A stretch of 64,000 bases of DNA from Flavobacteriales bacterium (GCA_002717515.1 PBEC01000017.1:9159-73158); one strand, 5' to 3'. Positions 30,965 through 41,506 are shown, counted from the first letter of the stretch. The notes: a model not told the origin generated them from the sequence alone. A program made the numbers and translations.

Positions 30965-32121
30965 TTATTCAACCTGCAAACAGATTATCAGACGTTCAAG
31001 AATATTACTTTTCCAAAAAATTAAAGGAAATTCGTGAATTGAATGCTTCTGGGAAAAATATTATAAATTTAGGAATAGGAAGCCCTGATCTTGCACCTTC
31101 CCATGAAACAATAGAGGCATTGGTGAAAACAGCTGAGCAAACTAACGCTCATGGTTATCAATCCTACATTGGCATTCCTGAATTCAGAGAAGCTATTAGT
31201 TCCTGGATGGCATTCACATATGGAGTAGGTTTCAGAGCTGAAAATGAGATTCTTCCTTTAATGGGCTCCAAAGAAGGTATTATGCATATAAGTATGGCTT
31301 TCTTAAACCCTGGTGATAAAGTTTTAGTCCCTAACCCCGGTTATCCCACATACACTTCAGTTTCAAATTTATTGAATGCTGAAATTGAATTTTACGACTT
31401 AGACGAGAAAAAAAATTGGAATATTGATGTAAATAATCTTAGAAAAAAAGATTTAAGTAATGTGAAACTTCTGTGGTTAAATTACCCACATATGCCGACA
31501 GGAGCAAGAGCCGACTTAGAGGTCTTAAATGATTTAATTGCACTGGCTAAAGAAAAAAAGTTTTTAATTGTAAACGACAACCCTTACAGTTTAATCCTAA
31601 ATCCTACTCCTAGAAGTATTTTTAATTTAGAGGGGGCTAAAGAGGTTTGCCTAGAGCTTAACTCATTGAGCAAATCTCATAATATGGCCGGATGGAGAAT
31701 TGGTTGGTTATCAGGTTCCTCAGAATACATTTCAACGGTTTTACGTGTAAAAAGTAATATGGATAGCGGTATGTTCCTAGGACTTCAAAAAGCGGCTGTT
31801 CAAGCCTTGTCGAACCCTATGCACTGGCATGAAGATCAAAACAACATATACGCTAAGCGTCGAAAATTAATTGAAGAAATATTTGATTATCTGGAGGTCA
31901 AATACAATCCAAATAGTGTGGGAATGTTTGTTTGGGCAAAAGTTCCTGATTCTGTTGATAATGTTGAAAAATTTGTAGACGATATTTTATACAAAGCCGA
32001 TGTTTTCATAACTCCTGGTTTTATTTTTGGAAGCAATGGCGAGAGATATATAAGAGCTTCACTCTGTGCGAGTCAAGAAACTATAAAAGAAGCATTAAGT
32101 CGAATTAAAGCAAACGTATAA
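30961..32121 (+). CDS. PLP-dependent class I/II aminotransferase (aromatic/aspartate type)
   Basis: PLP lysine block SLSKSHNMAGWRIGWL and a GSPD...NPGYPTY layout. 4-nt overlap with pheA. Confidence 0.8.
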   Translation: MIIQPANRLSDVQEYYFSKKLKEIRELNASGKNIINLGIGSPDLAPSHETIEALVKTAEQTNAHGYQSYIGIPEFREAISSWMAFTYGVGFRAENEILPLMGSKEGIMHISMAFLNPGDKVLVPNPGYPTYTSVSNLLNAEIEFYDLDEKKNWNIDVNNLRKKDLSNVKLLWLNYPHMPTGARADLEVLNDLIALAKEKKFLIVNDNPYSLILNPTPRSIFNLEGAKEVCLELNSLSKSHNMAGWRIGWLSGSSEYISTVLRVKSNMDSGMFLGLQKAAVQALSNPMHWHEDQNNIYAKRRKLIEEIFDYLEVKYNPNSVGMFVWAKVPDSVDNVEKFVDDILYKADVFITPGFIFGSNGERYIRASLCASQETIKEALSRIKANV

Positions 32122-32122
32122 T

Positions 32123-32971
32123 ATGATTGTTGGAATTATTGGTTTAGGATTGATTGGTGGATCTTTAGCAATTAGCCTACGAGAGAGAGGTTTTGCTTCC
32201 AAAATAATAGGGGTGGATAAAAATAAATCCAACTCGGATGATGCTCTGAAGCTTGGTTTAGTCGATGAAATTTGTTCAGTGATTGAAATACTTAAAGAGG
32301 TAGATTTGGTTCTTCTTGCTGTACCTGTTGATGCGGCAAGAAAAATTTTACCCACTCTTTTGAACGAGATAAAACCCAACCAGTTTATAATTGACATGGG
32401 CTCTACCAAAGAAGGTATATGTAAAATTGCCGATGCTCATCCGAATCGTAAGAACTTTGTTGCATCACATCCAATTGCAGGTACAGAGAATGCGGGACCT
32501 TCAGCAGCTTTTGAAGGATTGTTCGACAATAAAATCACAATTATTTGTGACGAAAATAAAAGTAAAGATGATGCTTTAAAATTGTGTAAAGAACTTTACA
32601 GTTTCCTCAATATGAAAGTTCTAACCATGAGTGCTTCGGAACACGATCGCCACATTGCTTATGTTTCTCACCTGTCGCACATCACTTCATTTGTGTTGGG
32701 TCAAACGGTATTGGAAATTGAAAAAGAAGAAAAGCATATATTTAATATGGCTGGATCTGGTTTTGCAAGTACTGTACGTTTAGCAAAATCATCACCCGAT
32801 ATGTGGGCGCCTATTTTTGAGCAAAATAAAGAACATCTTTCAACAGCTCTAGGGACTTATATCACTAATTTACAGGAATTTAAGGATAAAATTGATTCGG
32901 GTAAAAAAGAAGAGCTTCACGATTTAATGGGACAAGTCAACGACATTAGAAGAGTTTTAAAAGGGCTGTAA
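32123..32971 (+). CDS. tyrA: Prephenate dehydrogenase
   Basis: Rossmann IVGIIGLGLIGGSLA and HPIAGTE blocks. It starts 2 nt after the aminotransferase stop. Confidence 0.8.
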   Translation: MIVGIIGLGLIGGSLAISLRERGFASKIIGVDKNKSNSDDALKLGLVDEICSVIEILKEVDLVLLAVPVDAARKILPTLLNEIKPNQFIIDMGSTKEGICKIADAHPNRKNFVASHPIAGTENAGPSAAFEGLFDNKITIICDENKSKDDALKLCKELYSFLNMKVLTMSASEHDRHIAYVSHLSHITSFVLGQTVLEIEKEEKHIFNMAGSGFASTVRLAKSSPDMWAPIFEQNKEHLSTALGTYITNLQEFKDKIDSGKKEELHDLMGQVNDIRRVLKGL

Positions 32972-32975
32972 AATA

Positions 32976-35213
32976 ATGAAAGTTTGTATAGCAGAGAAAC
33001 CTAGTGTTGCTGGAGAAATCGCAAAAATTATTGGAGCAAATTCTCGTAAAAATGGTTATTATGAAGGTAATGGCTATCAGGTAACATGGACGTTTGGCCA
33101 CTTATGTACTCTGAATGAACCAGGAGATTACGACGAGGGGTTCCGAAAATGGAACCTATATGCACTTCCAATCCAGCCCAAAGAATTTAAAATTAAAATC
33201 ATTAATGACAGTGGTGTTGAGAATCAATTTAATAAAATCAAAAGTTTAGTTCAAAACGCAACTGAAATCATTAACTGCGGAGATGCCGGGCAAGAAGGTG
33301 AACTCATCCAGCGATGGGTTCTTCAACACGCAGGTTGCACAGCTCCTATTAAACGTTTGTGGATATCCTCGCTGACTGAAGAAGCCATTAAAAACGGCTT
33401 TAAGAACTTAATGGAAGGAAGTGATTTTGATGCCTTATTCGAAGCAGGAAAAAGCAGAGCAATCTCAGATTGGCTTTATGGTATTAATGCGACAAGACTT
33501 TACACCTTAAAATTCGGAAAAAACAAACAAGTCCTGAGTGTAGGGAGAGTGCAAACCCCTACTCTTGCTATGATTGTAAAACGTCATTTCGATATTAAAA
33601 ACTTTGTCCCCAATCTTTATTTCGAAATTAAAACCGAGTACAAAAGCACAACATTCACCTTTGAAAAAGGCAAGATTGAAAAAAAAATTGAGGCTGAACA
33701 AGTTCTGGAAAAAATAAAAAAGGAATCGCTTTCGATTACAGAGATTTCAGTAAAAGCGGGAAAAGAGCATCCCCCCAATCTATTTGATTTAACTTCTCTT
33801 CAGGTTGAAGGAAATAAAAAGCTTGGTTTAAGTGCTGAACAGACTTTAAACACAGTTCAGTCACTTTATGAAAAAAAACTGGTTTCATACCCAAGAGTAG
33901 ATACCGTATACTTACCAAAAGACCAGTATCCCAAAATTAAAGGAATTCTTAAAGGTTTGGTTATATACCAGGAATTGACCGAACATTTAATTCAAAAACC
34001 AATAAAGAAAAGTAAAAAGGTATTCAACGATAATAAAGTCACTGATCATCATGCAATTATCCCAACAGGAATAAATGCCTCAAATATTTCTGGAAATGAA
34101 GCTGCAGTTTACGATATTATTTCACGACGATTTATCGCTGCTTTTTATCCAGAATGTAAAGTATCCAATACCACAGTTAATGCCGAAGTTTGTAAATTGA
34201 AATTCAAAGCCACAGGTAAACAAATTCTAGACCAAGGTTGGAGAGTAGTTTATCAATCTCAGCAATCTTCATCTAAAGAGGATAAAATTTTACCTCATTT
34301 TGAAAAAGGTGAATCGGGAAGCCATACCCCCTCTATTGGTACAAAAAAAACATCGCCTCCAAAACACTACACTGAAGCTACATTACTCCGAGCAATGGAA
34401 ACAGCCGGAAAAGAAGTCGACGATGATGAATTAAAACAACTTATGAAGGAAAATGGAATTGGTCGACCTTCAACACGAGCGAACATAATTGAAACTCTTT
34501 TCCGAAGAAATTACATCGAAAAAAAGAAGAAAACAATTCTTCCAACAGAAATAGGTATTAAACTCATTCAATTGATTGACAATCCGACTCTAAAATCTCC
34601 TCGTTTAACAGGTCAGTGGGAAAAAAAGATGAAGGATATTGAGGCCGGTGAATTTAGCTCTGATGAATTCATTGGAGGAATGAGAAAACTCGTTAGTGAC
34701 TTGGTTAACGAAGTATCTGCAATAAATCCACACGCATCAGTTTTAACTTGTCCCAAATGTGAATGTGGGAAAATCATAAAAGGAAAATCCGCTTATGGAT
34801 GCACTGAATGGGTAAATGGTTGCACATTTAAAATCCCTTTTGAAATTAATAAGTACTGCATCGATAGTAAGATCGTTGGCAAATTAATTCATCAAAGAAA
34901 AGTAACATTGGCTAAAGATTCAAAAGGAAACGAAACCATTGCTTTGCTTAAAAGTGATTTTGAAACAGAAATCAGGGTTGAAAAACCACTCAACTGTCTA
35001 TGTCCAAAATGCAACAAAGGAAGAATTAAAAAAGGTAAATCGGCTTTCGGATGTTCCGAATTTAAAAAAACATGTGATTTCCTTATTCCGTTTACTTTGC
35101 TGCCGGAGGAAACTCCAAATTCATCGGTCGAAAAGTTTATTGTCGATGGACAAATACAAACATCGGAAAGAGTTTTAAAATTCACCAGTGATTTTGGTAT
35201 AGAATCAGAATAA
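32976..35213 (+). CDS. topB: DNA topoisomerase III (type IA) with two C-terminal zinc-ribbon repeats
   Basis: Toprim start MKVCIAEKPSVAGEIAKII...VTWTFGHL. Two CPKC...GC...C zinc-ribbon motifs near the C-terminus. 4-nt gap after tyrA. Confidence 0.85.
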   Translation: MKVCIAEKPSVAGEIAKIIGANSRKNGYYEGNGYQVTWTFGHLCTLNEPGDYDEGFRKWNLYALPIQPKEFKIKIINDSGVENQFNKIKSLVQNATEIINCGDAGQEGELIQRWVLQHAGCTAPIKRLWISSLTEEAIKNGFKNLMEGSDFDALFEAGKSRAISDWLYGINATRLYTLKFGKNKQVLSVGRVQTPTLAMIVKRHFDIKNFVPNLYFEIKTEYKSTTFTFEKGKIEKKIEAEQVLEKIKKESLSITEISVKAGKEHPPNLFDLTSLQVEGNKKLGLSAEQTLNTVQSLYEKKLVSYPRVDTVYLPKDQYPKIKGILKGLVIYQELTEHLIQKPIKKSKKVFNDNKVTDHHAIIPTGINASNISGNEAAVYDIISRRFIAAFYPECKVSNTTVNAEVCKLKFKATGKQILDQGWRVVYQSQQSSSKEDKILPHFEKGESGSHTPSIGTKKTSPPKHYTEATLLRAMETAGKEVDDDELKQLMKENGIGRPSTRANIIETLFRRNYIEKKKKTILPTEIGIKLIQLIDNPTLKSPRLTGQWEKKMKDIEAGEFSSDEFIGGMRKLVSDLVNEVSAINPHASVLTCPKCECGKIIKGKSAYGCTEWVNGCTFKIPFEINKYCIDSKIVGKLIHQRKVTLAKDSKGNETIALLKSDFETEIRVEKPLNCLCPKCNKGRIKKGKSAFGCSEFKKTCDFLIPFTLLPEETPNSSVEKFIVDGQIQTSERVLKFTSDFGIESE

Positions 35214-35396
35214 AATCCCTTTTAAATTGAAGATTTGAATCTCTCTTTTTCTTTTTCAAAGAAGATGTAAACAAACATTTTTGTTTTGAAAACTCGGTTT
35301 TTTATTTGATACACTAATAAATGTTAATTAATTAACTTCCTTAAAATTGAAAACTAAGAGAGTATTTTTTACTTTTATCAGCTTGTAAACTTTTAA

Positions 35397-36083
35397 ATGA
35401 GTGCAACAATAATCATATTGTTACTTGTCGCCTATTTAATAGGGTCAATACCTTCGGCAGTTTGGATTGGTAAAACTTTTCATGGAATTGATGTTCGAGA
35501 ACATGGATCAGGAAACGCTGGAGCTACCAACACCTTTAGAGTTCTCGGTAAAAAAGCAGGTATCCCTGTTTTATTACTGGATGTTGCCAAAGGTGCATTG
35601 GCTGTTAATCTTGTTTTAATTCAAATGAAATACGATATCGATGATATTGCTCCTTATACAAACCTAAAACTTGCCTTTGGGTTTTGTGCTGTTTTGGGTC
35701 ATATTTTCCCATTATTTGCAGGATTTAGAGGAGGTAAAGGAATTGCTACATTATTAGGTATTGTTTTAGCTGTTCATCCACCTGCCGCTTTATCAGCATT
35801 GGGTGTTTTTCTAGTTGTTTTAACCGTCACAAAGTATGTTTCACTTGGATCCATGATAGCGGGTATCTCTTTCCCCCTTTTTATCCTTCTGGTTTTTACC
35901 AAAAACCAAGTACTATCCTTAATTATTTTTTCATCTGTTGTTTCTGTTTTAATAATTGTAACCCATCAAAAAAATATTATTCGTTTATTGAACAACAATG
36001 AAAACAAAACCTACCTGTTTGGTAAACGCCACAAAATTGCGGGAATTAACGAGGAGCAAGATGTGGATGAATTTTCTAAATAA
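35397..36083 (+). CDS. plsY: Glycerol-3-phosphate acyltransferase PlsY
   Basis: GSIPSAVWIGK...HGSGNAGATN.FRVLGKKAG signature. About 5 TM helices. Confidence 0.85.
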   Translation: MSATIIILLLVAYLIGSIPSAVWIGKTFHGIDVREHGSGNAGATNTFRVLGKKAGIPVLLLDVAKGALAVNLVLIQMKYDIDDIAPYTNLKLAFGFCAVLGHIFPLFAGFRGGKGIATLLGIVLAVHPPAALSALGVFLVVLTVTKYVSLGSMIAGISFPLFILLVFTKNQVLSLIIFSSVVSVLIIVTHQKNIIRLLNNNENKTYLFGKRHKIAGINEEQDVDEFSK

Positions 36084-36096
36084 AACTCTTTATCAA

Positions 36097-37191
36097 TTAC
36101 ACATTTGAAGCGACAAAAGGTAAACTCACAACTTTTGCTTTAATATTTTTATTGCGTATCGAAATATATATTTCGGTATCAACGCCTGAAAAATCTTTGG
36201 AGACATACCCCATTCCAATTGCTTTATTTAAAGTTGGAGACATTGTTCCAGAAGTAACTCTTCCTATTTGATTCCCTTCTTGTGAAAAAATCTGATACTC
36301 TTTTCTGGGTATTCCACGATCAATCAATTCAAAAGCGACTAATTTTTTGGAAACGCCTTCTTCTTTTTGTTTCCTCAAGTAATCTACTCCTGAAAAATCA
36401 GTTCCTAATTTTGTAATCCAACCCAAGCGAGCCTCTAATGGAGATGTCGTATCATCAATATCGTTTCCATAGAGTGCGTACCCCATTTCAAGTCTCAAAG
36501 TATCCCTGGCTGCTAAACCAGTTGGCTTTATACCGAAAGGGGCACCTGTTTCCATTATAGCTTCCCAAACATTAATTGCATGCTCATTTTTAACGTATAT
36601 TTCAAACCCACCTGCACCAGTATACCCTGTTGAAGATATTAAAACACCCTGAACGCCTGCAAAATCTCCAATTTGAAGTGTATAATACTTCATGGCACCA
36701 AGATCAATTTCAGTTAATTTGGAAAGCACTTTTGTAGAATTTGGACCTTGAACTGCAAATAAACTCCATTCATCGCTAACATTCTGGAGAACTGCTGATG
36801 TATCGTTTTTAGAATTTAACCATTCCCAATCTTTATTAATGTTAGAGGCATTTACTACCAATAAGAATTTAGTTTTAGAAAAACGATAAATCAATAAATC
36901 GTCTACAATTCCTCCTTCATTGTTTGGAATACAAGAATACTGTACTTGTCCATCTTTTAAAAGGCTTACATCATTGGATGTTGTTTTTTGAATCAAGGCC
37001 TCTGCCTCATCTCCAATTACTATAAATTCCCCCATGTGACTTACATCAAAAACCCCTACATTTTCTCGAATATTATTGTGTTCAATTTTAACACCTTCGT
37101 ATTGAACAGGCATGTAAAACCCGGCAAAATCAACCATTTTACCCCCTAAATTTTCATGAATTTCACTTAGCACTAATTTTTTCATACTCAT
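36097..37191 (-). CDS. gcvT: Glycine cleavage system aminomethyltransferase (T protein)
   Basis: GcvT-family motifs FAGFYMPVQY...GVFDVSHMGEF. The size fits a canonical T protein. Confidence 0.9.
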   Translation of the reverse strand: MSMKKLVLSEIHENLGGKMVDFAGFYMPVQYEGVKIEHNNIRENVGVFDVSHMGEFIVIGDEAEALIQKTTSNDVSLLKDGQVQYSCIPNNEGGIVDDLLIYRFSKTKFLLVVNASNINKDWEWLNSKNDTSAVLQNVSDEWSLFAVQGPNSTKVLSKLTEIDLGAMKYYTLQIGDFAGVQGVLISSTGYTGAGGFEIYVKNEHAINVWEAIMETGAPFGIKPTGLAARDTLRLEMGYALYGNDIDDTTSPLEARLGWITKLGTDFSGVDYLRKQKEEGVSKKLVAFELIDRGIPRKEYQIFSQEGNQIGRVTSGTMSPTLNKAIGMGYVSKDFSGVDTEIYISIRNKNIKAKVVSLPFVASNV

Positions 37192-38255
37192 TATTGAAAC
37201 AATTGAATAAAATTATTTTTGTTTGAAACAACAGAATAGTTGTCGATTATTTTTTTTCGAGAATTTTTAGAAATCTCTTTTACTTTTTCCTTATCGGATA
37301 AAATCATTCGCAAAGTACTCTCCCACTCCTCTATGGAGTCGCATATGTATCCGTTCACTTTATCATCTACAATTTCCGTATTTACACCAACAGGAGAAAC
37401 CAAAGCGGGAACGCCAAGACTCATATACTGAAGAGCCTTAAAACCACATTTTCCATTTGCCCACTTATCCATCGTCAACGGCATCAACCCGACGTTAAAA
37501 CGCAACAAATCCTCAATTTCTGTTTCTTTATTCCACTTTATAAATTCAAACGAATTGAGGTTAAATTCCGGATTTTTGTCGCTTATAATCAACAATGTGT
37601 ATTCGTATTCTTTTTCTAACTTTTGAAACAATGGAACCATTTCCTTTAAATATCTCAAAGTGGAGTGTGTTCCCGTCCAACCAATTACAAAATCTTTAGA
37701 ATCTTGATTTTTTACTCGGTTGTGATGATTTTCTGTATCAATTGTCGTGGGATTTATCCAAACATTAGAGTTGTACTTCTTTCCATAGTCGGCCAGAAAC
37801 TTATTCCCTACACTCAATTTATAAGCATATTTACAAAGTTTATTCACGTGCCCATAACTCTTAATAAATGCAAATCTCGCATTGTTTGCGGCATAATTTG
37901 GCAACCATATAGCATCGTCAAAATCATAAATTATTTTTTTCTTGTAAACTCGAGCAAGGATAAACTCAACGACTTGAGGGCCCAAAGGATAAACCTCTCT
38001 ATGAATGAAGATTCTATCGTATTTAAAGGCTGTTAAAAGAACAGCATACCTTCTTAACAATCCCCTTAACGTTCCAAGTGCCTTAGCCAAAACCGCTCCT
38101 TTCTTGTACAAAACCGACCAAGCTTTTTTATCCCAAAAAGAGGAAACTCTATAATGAATGTTTTCTTCATCTAAATAATGCATATATTGCTCAAAACGAA
38201 AACGCTGACTTGCAGCTGTTCCAAGTGGATATGGTATTAAAAAAAGGACTTTCAA
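37191..38255 (-). CDS. Glycosyltransferase (GT-B fold, GT4/GT1-like)
   Basis: MKVLFLIPYPLGTAASQRFRFEQY N-terminal GT-B start. C-terminal E..G.P....VG motif. The stop overlaps the gcvT start by 1 nt (TAATG). Confidence 0.55.
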   Translation of the reverse strand: MKVLFLIPYPLGTAASQRFRFEQYMHYLDEENIHYRVSSFWDKKAWSVLYKKGAVLAKALGTLRGLLRRYAVLLTAFKYDRIFIHREVYPLGPQVVEFILARVYKKKIIYDFDDAIWLPNYAANNARFAFIKSYGHVNKLCKYAYKLSVGNKFLADYGKKYNSNVWINPTTIDTENHHNRVKNQDSKDFVIGWTGTHSTLRYLKEMVPLFQKLEKEYEYTLLIISDKNPEFNLNSFEFIKWNKETEIEDLLRFNVGLMPLTMDKWANGKCGFKALQYMSLGVPALVSPVGVNTEIVDDKVNGYICDSIEEWESTLRMILSDKEKVKEISKNSRKKIIDNYSVVSNKNNFIQLFQ

Positions 38256-38345
38256 AACTTGAACTTAGCAGCTGACAAATATATGTAATCAATTAATCAA
38301 ATCCTCAAATATTCGATAACTCAATCAAATTGTTAATTTAGTATA

Positions 38346-39017
38346 ATGTCATTCTCTATAAAAGAAAACTTAAACAAGATAAGGAGCTCAATCCCGAAAC
38401 ACGTTTCTCTTGTTGCTGTTAGTAAAACAAAACCCATCGAGGACATTCAAAAAGCTTTTGATGCCGGGCAAAGAATTTTCGGTGAAAATAAAGTTCAGGA
38501 GCTAAGAGAGAAACAGCCCAACCTGCCAAATGATATTGAATGGCATATGATTGGACATATGCAATCAAACAAAGTTAAATATATCGCTCCATTCATATCT
38601 TTAATTCATGGAGTTGAATCTTTTAAGTTGATAAAAGAAATTAATAAGCAAGGTCTAAAAAACAATCGAGTCATAAGAATCTTGCTCCAATTTCATATTG
38701 CTGATGAATCAACTAAATTTGGATTTAAGATTGAAGAAGTTTTAGAAATCCTGAACAGCAATGAATTTAAAACGCTTAAAAACATTGAAGTACAAGGTGT
38801 TATGGGGATGGCTTCTTTTGTAAGTGATCACGAAAAAATAAGAAAAGAGTTCTCAAATCTTCAAGCTATTTACGAGCAATTAAAAAATTCATTTTTTGCG
38901 AATCAGGAAACATTCAATATTTTAAGTATGGGTATGAGTGGTGATTACAAAATTGCAATAAATGAAGGAAGCACTATGATACGCCTAGGAAGTTCTATTT
39001 TTGGGGCAAGGTATTAA
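38346..39017 (+). CDS. yggS: YggS-family PLP homeostasis protein
   Basis: VAVSKTKPIEDIQKAFDAGQRIFGENKVQEL and HMIGHMQSNK blocks. Confidence 0.85.
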   Translation: MSFSIKENLNKIRSSIPKHVSLVAVSKTKPIEDIQKAFDAGQRIFGENKVQELREKQPNLPNDIEWHMIGHMQSNKVKYIAPFISLIHGVESFKLIKEINKQGLKNNRVIRILLQFHIADESTKFGFKIEEVLEILNSNEFKTLKNIEVQGVMGMASFVSDHEKIRKEFSNLQAIYEQLKNSFFANQETFNILSMGMSGDYKIAINEGSTMIRLGSSIFGARY

Positions 39018-39046
39018 TTGTGTTAAACTTTAATACAAAATCTTAA

Positions 39047-39373
39047 TTGAGATCAAAACTTGAAATAAAAAATAGATATTGGATACTCAATAAGTTCGAG
39101 GAAAATCCAAATTCTGAAATCAGACTGACGGGATATTTAAATTTGAACCAAAAATCCAATTGGGTAACTTTTACCCAGATTGAAAATGACAGTGGAGAGA
39201 GAATAGCAGGACATTTAAATTTCCCTAAACACAAGGTAAGAGAACTGTATCATAGATTTGAAAAATACAATCACAAAAAGTTTATTTTGAAGGGGAAACC
39301 TGGTTTTTACGTTTCTAAAGGAACAAAAAGAGGTTGCATTTTATTGAATCATGTTGATTTACAAACACGATAA
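39047..39373 (+). CDS. Hypothetical small basic protein
   Basis: ORF only; no recognisable motif. Confidence 0.3.
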   Translation: MRSKLEIKNRYWILNKFEENPNSEIRLTGYLNLNQKSNWVTFTQIENDSGERIAGHLNFPKHKVRELYHRFEKYNHKKFILKGKPGFYVSKGTKRGCILLNHVDLQTR

Positions 39374-39408
39374 ATATCAAATTTAAGTCGTAACGTGATT
39401 ATCAATTT

Positions 39409-39945
39409 TTAGTTTTGGGGGAAACTCTGAGGATGGGAACCGGGAACTCTTCCTCTTCTTTCAAAACCTTGGCCACCTTTTCTACCTTTCATTCTATCCA
39501 ATAATTTCTTCTTAAATTTACGCTCAGCCTTATGCAGCATAATTATTTTCTTTGCAGATAAATTAGCCCTTAATTCTCGCTCAAACTCTTTATCCAAGGC
39601 CAATCTTTTTTCTCTGAATTTCATTTCTTTATCGAGCATTTCTTCAGCTTCAGCTTCGGTCAATTCATCAATTGATTTTCCTTTAAACTCTTTTCTTAAT
39701 GACCTAAGTTCTTTACGCAGTTCATCTCGTTTGTTTTCATAATTATCATAAATTGGCCAGAAAACCTTTTCCTCATCTTCAGTTAAATTAAGCTCTGCTT
39801 TAATGAAAGCTTTTTTCATCTCTCTGATTTTCGCTTTTCGATTTTCCCTTTGCTGTATTGATGGTTTCCCTGAAGATTGAGCTATCGCAGCACTCAAAGT
39901 CATGCACACCAATAATAAACCAATAATTGCTCCTCTATTTTTCAT
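39409..39945 (-). CDS. Periplasmic Spy/CpxP-like coiled-coil protein (third gene of an ECF sigma operon)
   Basis: Signal peptide MKNRGAIIGLLLVCMTLSAAIAQ. Lys/Glu-rich helical repeats with L.E.E/Q motifs. Gly/Arg-rich tail. Confidence 0.4.
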   Translation of the reverse strand: MKNRGAIIGLLLVCMTLSAAIAQSSGKPSIQQRENRKAKIREMKKAFIKAELNLTEDEEKVFWPIYDNYENKRDELRKELRSLRKEFKGKSIDELTEAEAEEMLDKEMKFREKRLALDKEFERELRANLSAKKIIMLHKAERKFKKKLLDRMKGRKGGQGFERRGRVPGSHPQSFPQN

Positions 39946-39965
39946 TTTACCGTCTTTTAAAGTTA

Positions 39966-40484
39966 TTATAAATTATCCCATTCTCCACTTCCATATCCCT
40001 CATCAAGCATATATTCATATATTTCCTCATCTGTAAAATCATCCAGCGTGGGAGGTTTTTCATTGCTTTTTTCCTCTATTTTTTTTTCGTCCGTTTTTGT
40101 CGAATCGTTTTTGTGAGTTTGATCGATAAAAACATTCAAATCATTATCGCTTAAACCTTCAAGTATTTCCGATTCTGATATTTCATCAATATTTTCCGAA
40201 AAGTAAGCTATTAAATCTTCCTGATTGAGCTCTGCCCTGGCATACTTTTTATTTTTGTCGAGTTCAAACAATACAATCAAAATAAGGACTATTGACGCAA
40301 ACGTTCCGATTCCAATTGTTAATTTGGGTCTTTTCCACCAAGGAGATATATCTTGATGGATTTTCGAATGAATATTCTTTTGAAATCCATCAAAATAGTT
40401 TTCCGGAACTCTAAACTCTTTTTCAGATGAATTTTTAAGAAAATCCCTTATTCCACTATCTTCTATGTTTTTATCTTCTTCCAT
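39966..40484 (-). CDS. Putative anti-sigma factor (single TM)
   Basis: It lies between the sigma gene and the periplasmic protein. Central TM LTIGIGTFASIVLILIVLF. Acidic extracytoplasmic tail. Confidence 0.4.
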   Translation of the reverse strand: MEEDKNIEDSGIRDFLKNSSEKEFRVPENYFDGFQKNIHSKIHQDISPWWKRPKLTIGIGTFASIVLILIVLFELDKNKKYARAELNQEDLIAYFSENIDEISESEILEGLSDNDLNVFIDQTHKNDSTKTDEKKIEEKSNEKPPTLDDFTDEEIYEYMLDEGYGSGEWDNL

Positions 40485-40517
40485 TCAATTAATTTGATGC
40501 TCATTTATCATAAAGGT

Positions 40518-41063
40518 TTAATCCTCTTGTATAAATTTCTCAATTTTTTTAACAGCATGGTGATATTGTGCCTTTAAACTTCCAACAGAAACATCCATAA
40601 CTTCCGCAATATCTTTAAATTTCATTTCTTCAAAATACTTCATATTAAATACCATTCTTTGTTTTTCCGGTAATTTTAATAAAGATTTTTGAAGTTTCAT
40701 TTGAATTTCATCTCCGCTGTAAAAGTTATCTGCATCCAATGTAGAACTCAACTCATGTTCAACGTCTCCAATCGGTAAAAAAAACCGTCTCTTCTTTTTG
40801 CGCAAGTAATTAAGTGCTTCATTCGTTGCAATTCTGTATATCCATGTATATAATTTAGAATTCCCTTTAAAAGACCCAATGTTTTTCCACACCTTCACAA
40901 AAACCTCTTGAGCAATATCATCTGCCGCATCATGGGCAATTACCATTCTTCGAATTACCCAGTAAACTTTTTCTTGATATTTATCCATTAACAAATTGAA
41001 ACCATAATTAATGGTTTCTTTATCTTGGATTTTTTCAATTATTTCCTCGTCAGTCCAGCTCAA
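40518..41063 (-). CDS. RNA polymerase ECF (sigma-24-like) sigma factor
   Basis: Region 2 (DDIAQEVFVKVWKNIGSF...YTWIYRIATNEALNYLRKK) and a region-4 HTH. Confidence 0.8.
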   Translation of the reverse strand: MSWTDEEIIEKIQDKETINYGFNLLMDKYQEKVYWVIRRMVIAHDAADDIAQEVFVKVWKNIGSFKGNSKLYTWIYRIATNEALNYLRKKKRRFFLPIGDVEHELSSTLDADNFYSGDEIQMKLQKSLLKLPEKQRMVFNMKYFEEMKFKDIAEVMDVSVGSLKAQYHHAVKKIEKFIQED

Positions 41064-41252
41064 TTTTACCCCTAATGTTAGGGTAAGACAAGATTAATTA
41101 AAAAAGGTTTAATTCAATAAAAAAAACTTTGAACTTTATTCAATAAACTTTGAAGTTCAACCCTTTGATATGTCCCTATTTATGACGAAATTTGCCCGTT
41201 TTAAAATCCTTTATTTAAGAACGATTTAAATTTAAGTTTAAAAGCTTAGCAG

Positions 41253-41504
41253 ATGGACAAATTACAACAACTTTCCAACATCAGGGCTGAAGAGGTAAAT
41301 ATCTCCAAAATCACTGATTTTTTTGAAACTATAAAAAGTGTAAAAAACATCAATATAGAAGGTGCTGAAAATCATATTGTAAAATCAGATAACCTTCGAG
41401 AAGATAAAGTTGTTCACTGTAACCCTGAAGAAAAAGCGTTGATTATGGAAAACTTTCCTGCTAAGCAAGGAACGTATTTAGTTGTACCTAAAGTAATTCA
41501 ATAA
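41253..41504 (+). CDS. gatC: Asp-tRNA(Asn)/Glu-tRNA(Gln) amidotransferase subunit C
   Basis: 83 aa. The C-terminal ..GTYLVVPKVIQ matches the GatC ..F.VPKV(I/V)E end. It sits immediately upstream of gatA (2-nt gap). Confidence 0.7.
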   Translation: MDKLQQLSNIRAEEVNISKITDFFETIKSVKNINIEGAENHIVKSDNLREDKVVHCNPEEKALIMENFPAKQGTYLVVPKVIQ

Positions 41505-41506
41505 AG

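Noticed and set aside
35214-35260. Possible terminator after topB (agatttgaatct hairpin)
   Set aside because: The stem is short and AT-rich (5 bp) and the T-tract is interrupted. That is too weak to call.
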